Source: Hypanus sabinus | Lineage: Eukaryota | Assembly: GCF_030144855.1 (NCBI RefSeq) | Contig: NC_082733.1 | Span: 31,992,001 to 32,056,000 of the forward strand | DNA: 64,000 nucleotides | Direction of reading: 5' to 3' | Shown: one piece after another, positions 35,901 to 49,295 of the stretch | Layout of the letters: every line of letters starts with the position of its first letter | Position numbering within the stretch: the first letter of the stretch is position 1 | The notes under the pieces: model-generated | The model's database searches: none | The model's input: the letters and a program-made list of their open reading frames with translations, nothing else | Told to the model about the DNA's origin: nothing | Made by a program: the position numbers and the translations under genes

Positions 35901-37485
35901 CCTCCTGCAAGAGAGACCCTTTGTTTTCCAGAAACCGGACACTGCGGAGCACTCCCGATAGTTCCATGACCTCCAACTGGAATGAATGTTACAGCACGTT
36001 ACCAAAACAAGCCCAACTAACTGACGCAACATTCACAGGCTGAGCAAATGGCTCCTTACTTCCGCCACATCCAAAACTCTAGTCTACGAAGGTTAACAAC
36101 ACACAGCATTTGCAGAAAAGCTGCTTAAAGCATAAACGCATAGCAGTGGATATAGTACAAAACAGGTTCTTAACTCGAGCGTTGCATAGGGTAAGAACTG
36201 TTGTCATTTAGATGATCCCCAAGACCTGCGCATTAAACAAAGACAGAATCTTATTTCCCTTAAGGTTAAAAACTGAACAGAAACACTCCTTGAGAACCTT
36301 ACACATCCTCTGTGATTCGCTACAAGGATGTCCACTTTGGTCTTTAAGGAGCCCTAATTTCTTTCCAGTTACCATTTTAAACCCTTAATACCATTATAAA
36401 TCTCTTGGATTTTCCTTCATCTTCTCTGCCGCATCTATCTCATGCTCCCTATTTTTCCCTTCCTCACTCCCATCTTGAGTAGACTCCTGCAAACCCCACA
36501 CTCCTTCCAGGATTCATTTGATCCCAATTGCCTGAACCTGACCCGTGGCTACTCCTTCATTCTGAGCAGAACCTCAAAACCGCACGCTAAATTTTGATTT
36601 CACACGGTTCCCCAGGGCAATCTGCATCTTTTTTTCTGTATTTAAGACACAACGCTCAGTGGCAACTTTACAGAGTACATTTGTACAACTGCTAGTATAT
36701 GGAAATCTCCAATTAGCTAATAATGTGGCAGCAACTTAATGCATAAAAGCATGGTTAAGAGGTTCAGTTGTTGTTCAGACCAAACATCAGAATGGCAAAG
36801 AAATGTGATCAAAATAACTCTAACATTGGATTATTTGTTGGTGCCAGATGGGGTGGTTTGATAACCTCACAGACTGCTGATCTCCTAGAATTTTCACACA
36901 CAAGACTAGAAAATAGTGTGAAAAACAAAAAAGAACATGTCTTGTTAATATGTGAGGTTAGTGGTGAATGGCCAGACTGGTTTAAGCTGACAGGGGGAGA
37001 CAAAAACTCAAATAACCATATATTCAAAGTGTTGTGCAGAAAGTACTTGGTGTTTTACTCATGTCCTACTTCATGGGTTGTGGTGGAGATGATTGAATAC
37101 TTCAATGTCAACTGTGGTGTTATGATATGGTACCTCCTGAAAGTCTTGCTTCCATTGAGAATTGATGGCATCATTTTCCTTTTGCCCACCTTTGGAGCGA
37201 AGGGGATTTAGGCCATGATGGTTTGATTCATACGCTGCCTTGATAGCAAAATAGGAACTCCTGATATCACCAGAGTCAGTGAGCTGTTGTATTTCTTGGG
37301 CCCTCTCAGTTAACTACTGCTTCTTTATTTCATGTGACCGGCTTTCTCCACTGGCAGAAAATCGTCTGCCTGGGTTGTAGTGTGGCTTCCTTCCAGACAG
37401 AGGAACATTTGATATGATTTTTATAGCACTTCATTTGCAGGAGAAAGCCCAGGAACAAAGTGTTCCACTTTATTTGGCCTACATA

Positions 37486-38558
37486 TGTCATGGTGCGATC
37501 CTTGAAGCCCCATTCCGGCTCACGCAACCTGTGTCTGGGGCATCGCCTTGCCTCTACCTGGAGCCTTGCCCTGTTTGGAACTGTCTGTCTGTGTCCACGC
37601 CGTTGCTAGGTAGGTCCGGCCGTTTTGCCACTACGTAGCATTGGGAACTGTCTTGTCGTGTTCAGCGTTCTCTGTAATGAGTCCTGGCCCTATGTCCTGC
37701 ATACAAGGAGGGGTCCTGGCTCAATGTTCCATGTTCCTGTCTCTCCCTCGACTCTGTGTTCTGCGATGCTGTTCTTCCTCAACCCAGGCTCTGTGTGCTG
37801 CGATCCTGTTCCCCTTTAACCCAGGCCCTGTGTTCTGCGTTGCTGTTCTTCCTCAACCCAGGCTCTGTGTTCTGCGTTGCTGTTCTCCCCCAACCCAGGC
37901 TCTGTGTTCTGCGTTCCTGTTCTCCCTCAACCAAGGCTCTGTGTTCTGCGTTCCTGTTCTCCCTCAACCAAGGCTCTGTGTTCTGCGTTCCAGTTCTACC
38001 TCAACCAAGGCTCTGTGTTCTGCGTTCCTGTTCTCCCTCAACCAAGGCTCTGTGTTTTGTGTTCCTGTTCCCCTTTAACCCAGGCTCTGTGTTCTGCGTT
38101 CCTGTTCTCCCTAGACCAGGGGTCTGTGTTCTCGTCTTGTCAAAGTGCCTTGCCCAGCCCGGTGCTGGGATTCCCTCGCCCTGTGCTGGGGTTCCCTTCT
38201 CCTGTCCAGGAGTCTAACATCCAGCCCTGTGCCTCTCCTCGTCCTGTAGCCACGTCTTGTCCTCATCTGGTTCTGGAGTCTGAGCACGAGTCAATACCCA
38301 GGTTCTGTGTCCTTGTCCAGTCTCTGGCTCGGAGTCCAAACCCAGGCTCCTAGTTCCCAGTTTCATGTCTTGGTTCTGCTATCCTCGTCAAGTCCTAGCC
38401 CAGGCCCGGAATCCTCATCTCGTCCGGGGCCTCTGTCATATCCAGTTTCCTTTCTTCCTCACTTTTCCTTGCTTCCTTCTCGCACCTAGCCCTGTTCCTG
38501 GTAGTTCAGTGTCTGTGTCTTGCATATGGGTCCATTCCCAATTTCCCCCTTTATGACA
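37486..38558. mobile_element. Solo-LTR-like element, unit 2 (1073 bp), ~10 copies of the 37-bp repeat
   Basis: Same termini and insertion site as unit 1; shorter by 148 bp = 4 x 37. Confidence 0.8.
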
Positions 38559-40291
38559 TCATAGACCTTATAAAAGCATTTGGCACTGTAAATCGTCCTG
38601 CCCTTTGGCAGGTACGTTCTGTCCAAAGTCAGGTGGTCAGAGAAATACCTCAAGATCCTGCAGCTCCTACACAATGATATGAGTGAAAGATTCATCAGCA
38701 TCAGCAGCTCTGAAACGGCACTGTTTAAGGTTGAGACTAGGGTCAAACAGGGTCGCATCACCCCCCTCCCCCCCCCCCAACTCTGCTTGTCATTTTCATT
38801 GGAACCATTGTTCACCTCACAGGCCAAGTCCTCCCACAAGGAGTCCAGATTCTCTATAGGATGAGGGGGTTGTGCTCTTTATCCTTAACAGGTTCGAAGC
38901 ATAGAGCAAAGTGTCAACTACTTCCATCATGGAAATCCAATCTGCAGATGACAACTCCAACACTGCTCACTCTGAGGAGGATCTGCGGTACATAATGGAT
39001 GCTTTTACCAGATCATACAATCTCCTGGGACTTGAGCTAACATCAAGACAAAACACAATTACTGCACCAAGACCCACAAGTGACCAGATATACCAGCATG
39101 AGAAGAATCATACTCGACTATGAGCGATCGATGATGATGTGCAGAAGAGCATCTCTGAATACATAACACATTGAACCTTGAAGTGGATGGCTACAGCAGC
39201 AGATTAGAATGAACATGCACTCAGTGGGCACTTTACTAGGTACAGGAGGTCATTAACCAACTAGCTATTAGGTGCATAAAAACCAATTATAAGTGTATTG
39301 TACTCAAAAAACAATGCAATTATTAAAAAATCGATTAGGTGTCACACAGATAAAAGCTCCAATCTGAACACATTTTAAGGCATCACAGTTTGGAGTGAAT
39401 ACAACAACATTTAAGGGGTGATAGGATAAAATATGAAGAGAATTTGCATTGTCTAGGCTTGTAATCAATTGAATCTTGATATTGCAATGGAGTAGAGATA
39501 CAACATTAATACAAGTGTAGTGGGGAGTTCAGGTGCACGCACTTTGCATGTCACAAACTCAGGGCATTTGGAACTCTCTCCACAAAAGCTGCTCAGCACG
39601 TTACTTGATTGATGAGGATTGATAGAATTTTGAGCAAGTATGTAAAGGTTAATACATCCAAAACATTGATGGTACCTGAATGAAACAACAGGCTGGAGGG
39701 ACTGTGTGGCTCATTCCTTGTGAATCCTAAGGATATTGCTGCCCATATATGTGCAGATGATATATGTATATACATTTCTGAAAGATGAAATCTAATAGTT
39801 GGGTATGTTACTCGTGACAAACAGCACCAAAGATACCCTTGACATTGAAAGTTGACCTATGCTGCATCAGCAAATATATTTTGGACCAAGCTACCACTAG
39901 AATAGAATAGAATTAATTGGCCAGGCACTAAAATCAGAAAAGTTTCAAAGGAATATATATTTATTTATATAGAATATAAATATAAATCAATTAATTATGT
40001 AGTAACTATTTAAATTTTTTTAAGTACATTTTTATACATAATCAGTGACATTACATGGAATATGGCAAAGGAATATTACTTTATTAACAGAACTCAAATT
40101 GTTGTAATTATTTTAAAAACAAAAGTAATGTTTGTACATCATCAGTGGCATAACATGGGTGTCACAGCAGTGTAATGGAACCTGATGCTTAGACGTCGAA
40201 GAAACATTCCAACATGAGTGATGTAAGAAGTGACTGCACATCACATGATCAACCAATCTGAGAAATGTAGCAATTCCTGCTTAGCAACACA

Positions 40292-43200
40292 ATAGACAAT
40301 AGGTGCGGAAGTAGACCATTCGGCCCTTCGAGCCTGCACCGCCATTCTGAGATCATGGCTGATCATCTACTATCAATACCCGGTTCCTGCCTTGTCCCCA
40401 TATCCCTTCATTCCTCTATCCATAAGATACCTATCTAGCTCCTTCTTGAAAGCATCCAGAGAATTGGCCTCCACTGCCTTCGGAGGCAGTGCATTCCAGA
40501 CCCCCACAACTCTCTGGGAGAAGAAGTTTTTCCTTAACTCTGTCCTAAATGAACTACCCCTTATTCTCAAACCATGCCCTCTGGTACTGGACTCTCCCAG
40601 CATCTGGAACATATTTCCTGCCTCTGTCTTGTCCAATCCCTTAATAATCTTATATGTTGCAATCAGATCCCCTCTCAATCTCCTTAATTCCAGCGTGTAC
40701 AAGCCCAGTCTCGCTAACCTCTCTACATAAGACAGTCTGGACATCGCAGTAATTAACCTTGTGAATCTACGCTGCACTTCCTCTATAGCCAGGATGTCCT
40801 TCCTTAACCCTGGAGACCAAAACTGTACACAATACTCCAGGTATCGTCTTACCAGGGCCCTGTACAAATGCAAAATGATTTCCTTGCTCTTGTACTCAGT
40901 TCCCTTTGTAATAAAGGCCATTCCATTAGCCTTCTTCACTGCCTGCTGCACTTGCTCATTCACCTTCAGTGACTGATGAACAAGGACTCCTAGATCTCTT
41001 TGTATTTCTTCCTTACCAAACTCTACACCGTTCAGATAATGATCTGCCTTCCTGTTCTTACTCCCAAAGTGCATAACCTCACACTTATTCACATTAAATG
41101 TCATCTGCCAAGTATCTGCTCACTCACTCAGCCTATCCAAGTCACCCTGAATTCTCCTAACATCCTCATCACACGTCACACTGCCACCCAGCTTAGTATC
41201 ATCAGCAAACTTGCTAATGTTATTCTCAATTCCTTCATTTAAATCGTTGATGTAAATGGTAAGCAGCTGTGGTCCCAATTCCAAGCCCTGTGGCACCCCA
41301 CTAGTCACCACCTGCCATTCCGAGAAACACCCATTCACCGTTACGCTTTCCTTTCTATCTGCCAACCAGTTTTCTATCCGTGTCAATATCTTCCCCCCAG
41401 TGCCATGGGCTCTGATTTTACCCACCAATCTCCTATGTGGGACCTTATCAAATGCCTTCTGAAAATGGAGGTACACTACATCCACTGGATCTCCCTTGTC
41501 TAACTTCCTGGTTACATACTTGAAAAACTCCAATAGATTAGTCAAGCATGATTTGCCCTTGGTAAATCCATGCTGGCTCGGCCCAATCCTATCACTGCTA
41601 TCTAGATATGCCACTATTTCATCTTTAATAATGGACTCTAGCATCTTCCCCACTACTGATGTTAGGCTGACAGGACGATAGTTCTCCGTCTTCTCCCTCC
41701 CTCCTTTCTTAAAAAGTGGGATAACATTAGCCATTCTCCAATCCTCAGGAACTGACCCTGAATCCCAATGTATCCGCAATTTCCAGAGCCACCTCCTTTA
41801 GTACCCTAGGACGCAGACCATCTGGACCAGGGGTTTGTCAGCCTTCAGTCCCATCAGTCGACTCATCACTGTTTCCCTCCTAATGTCAATCTCTTTCATT
41901 TGCTCTGTTACCCTATGTCCTTAGCCCATCCATACATCTGGGAGATTGCTTGTGTCTTCCCTAGTGAAGACAGAGCTAAAGTACTTATTAAATTCTTCTA
42001 CCATTTCTCTGTTTTCCATAACAATTTCACCGAATTCATTCTTCAAGGGCTCAACATTGTTCTTAACTATCTTGTTTCTCTTCACATACCTAAAAAAGCT
42101 TTTGCTATCCTCCTTTATATTCCTGGCTAGCTTGCGTTCGTACCTCATTTTTTCTCCCCGTATTGCCTTTTTCGTAAATTTCTGGTGTTCCTTAAAAACT
42201 TCCCAATCATCTGTCCTCCCACTCACCTTAGCTCTGTCATACTTACTTTTTTTTTAATGCTATGCAATCTCTGATTTCCTTTGTCAACCACTGTGGCCCC
42301 TTTCCCCCCTTTGAATCCTTCCTTCTCTGGGGGATGAACGGATTTTGCAGCTTGTGCATTATTCCCAAGAATACTTGCCATTGCTGTTCCACTGTCTTTT
42401 TCTGCTGTCTTTTCAGTTAATTTTGGCCAGCTCCTCCCTCATGACTCCATAGTCTCCTTTGTTGAACTGCAACACTGACATCTCCGATCCGCCCTTATCC
42501 TTCTCAAATTGCAGATAAAAACTAATCATATTATGGTCACTACCTCCTAATGGCTCCTTTACTTCAAGATCGCTTATCAAATCCTGTTCATTACACAACA
42601 CTAAATCCAGAATAGCCCTGTCCCTGGTCGGCTCTCGTACAAGCTGTTCCAAGAATGCATCCCGTAGGCACTTTACAAACTCCCTATCCTGTGGTCCAGC
42701 ACCAACCTGATTCTCCCAGTTCACCTGCATGTTGAAATCCCCCATAACTACTGCGACATTACCTTTGCCACATGCCAATGTTAACTCCCTATTCAACTTG
42801 CACCCAATATCCATGCTACTTTTTGGTGGCCTGTAGACAACACCCATTAGGGTCCTTTTGCCCTTACTGTTCCTCAGTTCTGTCTACACAGACTCCACTT
42901 CTCCTGATCTTATGTCCCCCCCACCCCCCGCAAAGGACTGAATCTCATTCCTCACCAACAGGGCCACCCCACCCCCTCTGTCCACATTTTTGTCCCTACA
43001 ATAGCACGTATACACTTGTACATTCATTTCCCAGGTCTGATCTCCCTGCAGCCATGACTCCATTATCCCAACAACATCAGAGTTACCCATTAGCACCTGG
43101 GCTTCAAGCTCATCCGCCTTATTTCTGACACTTCGTGCATTCAGATATAGAATTTTTAGCCTATTTCTCCTCTCTCTGTATGAATCGCTGCCTATTGTGC

Positions 43201-44299
43201 TTAACCCAGCTCCCTGAACTCCCATCGGGCTACACGCTCCTTGAATTTTGTTGTCCTTCCTAAATTTACTTATTATTTCTGCACATTTAACTCCATGTTC
43301 CGTCAGACCATCCCTCTGTACATGTGTCCTCCTCATCACTTGTTCCGCCTCACCTTTCTCTACTACACACTTAATATTCCGGAACCATGTAGTCCTCACC
43401 TGTCCTTTATTCTTCATCTCGCTATCCTCTCTCGCATTCTGGATCCCCGCCCCCGCAATTCTAGTTTACACACCCCCCGCCCCCCAAGAAGCACCACCAA
43501 ACTTCCCTGCAAGAATGTTAGTACCGCTCAAGTTCAAGTGTAAACCGTCCCGTCGGAACAGATCCCACCTTCCCTGGAACAAAGCCCAAATATCTAAAAA
43601 CCTGAAGCCCTCCCTCCTGCACCATCCTCTCAGCCACATATTAATCTGTATAATCCTTCTGTTCCTTGCCTCACTCGCACATGACACAGGTGGCAATCCT
43701 GAGATTGTTACCCTGGAGGTCCTGCCCTTCAACTTTGCACCTAACACCCTGAACTCACTAGGCAGGGCCCCTTCACTCATCTTACCCACGTCGTTGGTCC
43801 CTACATGGACCAAAACATCTGGGGTCTTGCCCTCCCTCTCGAGAATAACCTGCACCCGATCTGAGATGTCCCGGACCCCGGCACCAGGGAGGCAACATAC
43901 AATCGGAGACTCCCGATCTTCTCCACAAAATCTCCTATCTGCCCCCCTGACTACAGAATCCTTTATCACTACCGCTCTCTTCTCTTCCCTCCTCCCCTTC
44001 CCAGTCAAGGGTCCAACCTCAGTGCCAGAGACAGGACCACTGCAACTTGTTCAATGTAGGTCATCACCACCAACAGTATCCAAAACAGTATACTTATTCT
44101 TAATGGGAACTGCCACACGGGTGCTCTGCTCTCTCTGTCTGCTTCACCTGCCTCTCATGACTGTCACCCATTTGCCTATCTCCTGTCTTTTTGGTGTGAC
44201 TACCTGCTGATAACTCTTATCTATCTCTGCCTCTACCTCCTGAATGATCCGTAGTTCATCCAGCTCCTGCTCCAATTCCCTAACTCGGTCTGATAGGAT
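40292..44299 (-). mobile_element. CR1 LINE (unit 2)
   Basis: Same endpoints, TSD and domains as 26911-30903. Confidence 0.95.
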
Positions 44300-45354
44300 A
44301 ACACACACAAAATACTGGAGGAACTCAGCAGGTCAGGCAGCATCAATGGAAATGAATAAACAGTCAAAAAGGATCAACAGTGCTGATGAAGGGCCTCACC
44401 TCAAAATGGTGTAATGTTCTTTTGTTAGTATCGAGGCTGTCTGACCTGCTGAGTTCTGCCAGCATTTGTGAATATTACTCTGGAATTCCAGCTGAATCTC
44501 TTGTGCTTATGAAATTGTACTCAGCTCCAACATTGTATATATCTATCTGTAATTAATTCTCCTTTATCAGAGCTTCAGTCAGATACTTGCATAATAATGC
44601 CCGGGGTTATTGACCAGAAAGTGTAGTTGGAAGATACTTCATTTAGTTATGTGATGAAGAAAACTCCATTACTCATTCATCAGCTTCAGATAGACAAACC
44701 AGTGGGGAGGAATAGGTAAAGAAGAGAGTCACAAAGAGAAAGTGTAGGGAGCGTGAGATTGGGGGGGTGGGGGTAGGGAAAGATGTGCCTCCTGTGTAAA
44801 TGGCGAAGTTACCAAAAATGATGTGCTGAGCGGAGTGATTCCAGGTGCATATGCATTTGATGAGGAAATATTGCAAACTAGCTCAAACAACCAAAGAGGG
44901 ACATTTTTGCCTGTTAAATCATGGCCTACAACAATGGTGACGAAGACCTGGAATGGGCAGCTATGACGAATTGTAAAGGGACAGCAATGTGACCTCTTAC
45001 CATTTGTCAATTGGTGGAGACATGACAGAATAGTTTGGAGAGTAGTCTTTCAGGCACAGAATTCCATGTTTTTTATGGTAGTATATGAATCACAGGTTAG
45101 TATATCATATTTTAAATAATCATACATAAACATGAGTTTTCCTGTTTGATTTGATTTAGGTATTTGTATTTTGTTCCTGTTCATATCTTTGTACAAAAGA
45201 TTTAAATCCACTGATACATTTCACTAATTTTTAAGAGGTTTGCTACATTTACAATATCTGAAAAGGAGGCTTCATGTATTGAAAACAAGAAAATCCTATT
45301 TCATGAAGTGGAAAAAATTTAAAACACCATCTTCCAACACAAATGAGAGAAACC

Positions 45355-46956
45355 TTATTCATTCTTTTGCTTTTTCTTCCATGCAATGTGACAAAGTCTC
45401 TTCAGTGCTACAACCACCAGCACTATTGCCATGAGTAACATGGACAACAGTAAGATCATCACATCCACACAATAGTAAACATACCAGGGCAGTCGGTAGG
45501 ATTCAGAACGCAAATGTCCTGCTCCTTTGTGTCGGGCAACGTACTCAATCCAGAAAACGGCTCGCTCCATTGGCGACTGTGGTTGGTCCCGGTGGAGGGT
45601 AGAGAGTTTCTTCATGTTGTCCCGGTAAAATGTGCCATTTATCACCTCATGAAGTGCCTGCAATAGATTTGTGGAGTGCATGGTTGCAACATTAAGCACC
45701 TTTGCTGCACCTCGGGATTCAAGTCGAAGTAAATTGTCAAACTGATCAAAAATTAGAGGCATGCCAATCACTGGCACCCCGTGGTAGATGGCCTCGTAAA
45801 TACCATTGGTACCACCGTGCGAAATGAAGACTCGTGTGTTGGGGTGTCCCAGAAGGTCGTTCTGAGGGATCCATTTTCTCAGTAGTGTATTATTACCTAC
45901 ATTGGGAGGGATTTCTCCATCATATCTCCAAATCACCTTCTGGGGTACTTGAGCAAATGCCTCAGCTATTTCCATTGTAATCTGCTTTGGCAAGGAATGG
46001 ATAAAAGATCCTAATGACATCACTATAAGTCCATGCTTTCCTGAGCTTTGAACAAACTCTTCAAACTCTGCCGCTAGTGGTTGGGCTGGTTTACACTGGA
46101 AGCCTCCAATGTAGACAATATTTGGCATGGTGGGTCTTGGGAATTCAAGTACAAAATCGACTCTCATCAGCCACACATCAGCCCTCAGCAGAATTGTCTT
46201 GATATCTGTGTCTGGACCCAAATATCGATGACAGAGCTCATTGTATTTGGGATAAATGGTAAGTTCTACAATGGATTGAAAGATTAGATGTTGGATGAAG
46301 TTTTGTGTTCTTTGAAGAAAGGACATTTTGTCTGTTAGGTTTGAGCCTAAGATTGGGACATAAGAAAGGGGGGATGGGACAAACAAGAAGTGAGCCTCAC
46401 CAGATTCTAACCATCGAACATTATACACCAAAGGAAGTTTTAAATAATAAGCAAGCATTGATCCAGTAACAAAAAAAGGGTCTGAAAGCACCAGGTCAAA
46501 GTTTGCCTTTTCAAGTTGGCTTAGTAATGTTTTGTTTTGAAATATTTCACTGATAATAAAATGGAAAACATTCTGACAGTTCCGCATAAACTGTAGAACT
46601 TCAGACTGGAACTCAATATTGTCACTGAAGCTCCAGCCATCCTTCCCAAGCTGAAGTGCTTTTTGAAGAATTATACCAACTATATCCTTTACTTCAATGT
46701 TTTTCATTGGAATTACGATAGATTGATATAGGTTGGGCCTTTCATTGATGTACCAACTTTTCTCAATATAAATCACCGTGAAGTTGTGTCCACGAGGTTT
46801 CAGTTCCTCCAAGAGAATTCTCATGTTGATCCAATGACTTCCATCGACAGGTACAACTAATACATTAGCTGACTGATTGATGGGACAAAGCAAACTGATG
46901 ATAATACCAAAGAGAAATGGGACAAGTGCTCGGCTTTTCCATCCAGAACCTTCCAT
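45355..46956 (-). CDS. UDP-glucuronosyltransferase, single coding exon, UGT5-like (copy C2, 533 aa)
   Basis: Intact ORF with all UGT motifs including PLIFDQFDN; ATG at 46956; acceptor AG at 46978-46979. Confidence 0.95.
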   Translation of the reverse strand: MEGSGWKSRALVPFLFGIIISLLCPINQSANVLVVPVDGSHWINMRILLEELKPRGHNFTVIYIEKSWYINERPNLYQSIVIPMKNIEVKDIVGIILQKALQLGKDGWSFSDNIEFQSEVLQFMRNCQNVFHFIISEIFQNKTLLSQLEKANFDLVLSDPFFVTGSMLAYYLKLPLVYNVRWLESGEAHFLFVPSPLSYVPILGSNLTDKMSFLQRTQNFIQHLIFQSIVELTIYPKYNELCHRYLGPDTDIKTILLRADVWLMRVDFVLEFPRPTMPNIVYIGGFQCKPAQPLAAEFEEFVQSSGKHGLIVMSLGSFIHSLPKQITMEIAEAFAQVPQKVIWRYDGEIPPNVGNNTLLRKWIPQNDLLGHPNTRVFISHGGTNGIYEAIYHGVPVIGMPLIFDQFDNLLRLESRGAAKVLNVATMHSTNLLQALHEVINGTFYRDNMKKLSTLHRDQPQSPMERAVFWIEYVARHKGAGHLRSESYRLPWYVYYCVDVMILLLSMLLMAIVLVVVALKRLCHIAWKKKQKNE

Positions 46957-48887
46957 ATTAAGACGAATATCCAAAACCTGCTCGAGAATGGAAAAGAAAT
47001 ACTGTTAACAAGACATCAATTTGTTATTCAATTAAATGTGCTAGGTTTTCTAAAATTGACTCCTTCTACCTTAGGCCACGAACTTATCAATCACACCTCG
47101 TATGTTACATTCAACAATAGCTTATCAAATATTAGGCCAAAACTGATCAGTAAATGTTGCACTTCCATTTTGAACTTATGGTTCTTTTGCGAGCCAGCAT
47201 GGATTCTATGGGCCTCTTCTGACCAATACCCCAACTTCTCTTCCCAATTCCATGGACCCAGAAGTCCTTAAGTTTCTCCCACAATCTCTTATTCCATCTA
47301 TGAAGGAGAAGCTTGCTTGGGCACATTCAGCTAGTGCTGAGGAATCTGCCTGTTGAGTCTATGCCAACATAAACCTGGAATGGAAGATCAACTTTGTGCT
47401 TTACAATGGAGGAGAATGGCTCCAGAAGAAATTAGTTTACATTTTATCATACACTTAATTTGAAATGTTTAAATGTTTTACATATTTCTTCATGATTGCT
47501 TCTGTAAGGTAATCCAAAGTCTTAACACGCATGAATTTGATGTGGATAAATCTCCCTGCCTCCGAGTCTTAATTGCCTTTTATATATTTTAGTGGCATTT
47601 TACAATATGGTCAGTTTATTTTTTTTGGGAGATACAGTTCAATATAGAATAGGTCCTGAGCAGCACCACCGACAAACTTCAATTTAAACCGAGGTTAATC
47701 ACAGGACAATTTACAATAACCAATTAATCTATTAAACAGCATGTCTTTGGAATGTAGGGGGAAACCAGAGGATATGGAGGAATCGCAATCGTTCTATGGG
47801 GGTGGGGGTGGTGGTTGGGTAGGTACAAATTCCTTAGAGAGCACACTGAGAGTGATCTTCTACCTCCAATCCCCTGGGCTGCAATAGTGTTGTTCTAACT
47901 GCAATGCCACTCAGTATCCACCCGCACTTTGTTGGGAGGTGGGTAGCAATTGACACACCCAGAGCTCCACACTATGGTCAAAGGGGGAATGCTTATACTA
48001 CACAGAAAACATACCCTCCCCCGTTACATTTGCTGTTGCAGTTTCCTCAGAGATCTGTGGTAGTTTGTTGTCCAATGTAAATTTCCCTGGCGATGGACAA
48101 GTGGGGTGGAGGGGTTGGAAGACAAAATGTATGAGAGAACATTGGGGAGATAAGGAAAGGAGAAAATGGGACCAATGTGGTTTTCTTTTGGGAGCCAGTG
48201 TGGACTCTGTGGGTCAAGCAACCTGACCAAAAGCCGACAGTAACTCAGATAACCTCACACCACAACGGTACTTAATAAAGTTGCCACTGAGAGTCTGTTT
48301 ACTCTTAGATTCCAGTTAATTACACGTGATCTGGTAAACTGTACCTTTGCTGTACATTTGGAGACACTGACACTGGCCAAATCTTTTGGATTTATGTTCA
48401 TCCAAGCTTCCTGCTTTTTGTCATCTGACAGGTGCAAGAATCTGTTACTTTGTCAAATTGTAACCAGTAAAAACATCTTTACACCAGTAGGTAATTGTGA
48501 GTTTTAATTTACTGGTGTTTCAACTCTCCCAACACTCTCTGAATCCCGGAGAAGGAAACTAAATTCTATCCGTGTCTACATCTTTTACAACTTTGGATTC
48601 TGTAAACGGAACAGCGCCGCTCACCGGGACAATTAATATTCATCTCAAACATTATTTTCAGTTTTTAACAGCTATAACAACTTAATCCCCACGCTATTAA
48701 GCGAAGGAGAGGATAAGAGGGAGTCGAATATTCATCGGTGAACCAGCCTTTCCCCCGATGCTGCTTCTAAGTATGTTCACTTTGCGAGAACTAGGCACAC
48801 AGCTTCAGACCAGATTATAAATTGCGTCTGTAAGATTACTTGTACTTTAAAGTTTCTATACTTTTTGTCAATTAAATGTAACTTTTC

Positions 48888-49295
48888 ACTTACTTTTTAA
48901 GCCGATATTGAGCGTCCGAGGAAGTCTGGTCCTGGAGATAGCGATCAGGCAGGACGCAGCGAAGTTCAAGAATTTTCACACGGACCGGATTTTACAGAAT
49001 CACCAGAAACCGAGTGTAAAGATATCGAAACTGCCTCGTCGTGGTTTATATCGGTTAGGGCTACCTGAATCACAGGGCGTGTATTCGTGCCAAGTAGGCG
49101 ATGCCGATCACTAATTGTTCTCGGAAAGTTGTTAGCACACACCTCCTTCAACTGCCGTAGTCCATGCCAATCATTTCAGAGGGTAAAAAGCGATTTCCTG
49201 TGTCTTTGGAGAGGCTCATGATTCCTTCATCCAGAACCTGGAAACCAGCGGGTATCCCTCGCTCATACCCTCTTCCTTTGTGATCCGCCCCGCAC
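48888..49295 (-). promoter_or_regulatory. Candidate promoter, exon 1 and donor of C2
   Basis: GTAAGT at 48888-48893, TATAAA at 49045-49050; CCAAT and GC box conserved. Confidence 0.5.

Noticed and set aside
43248-44210. 320-aa + strand ORF (also 56599-57561)
   Set aside because: It is the antisense shadow of CR1 ORF1, is broken in unit 1, and has no recognisable domain.
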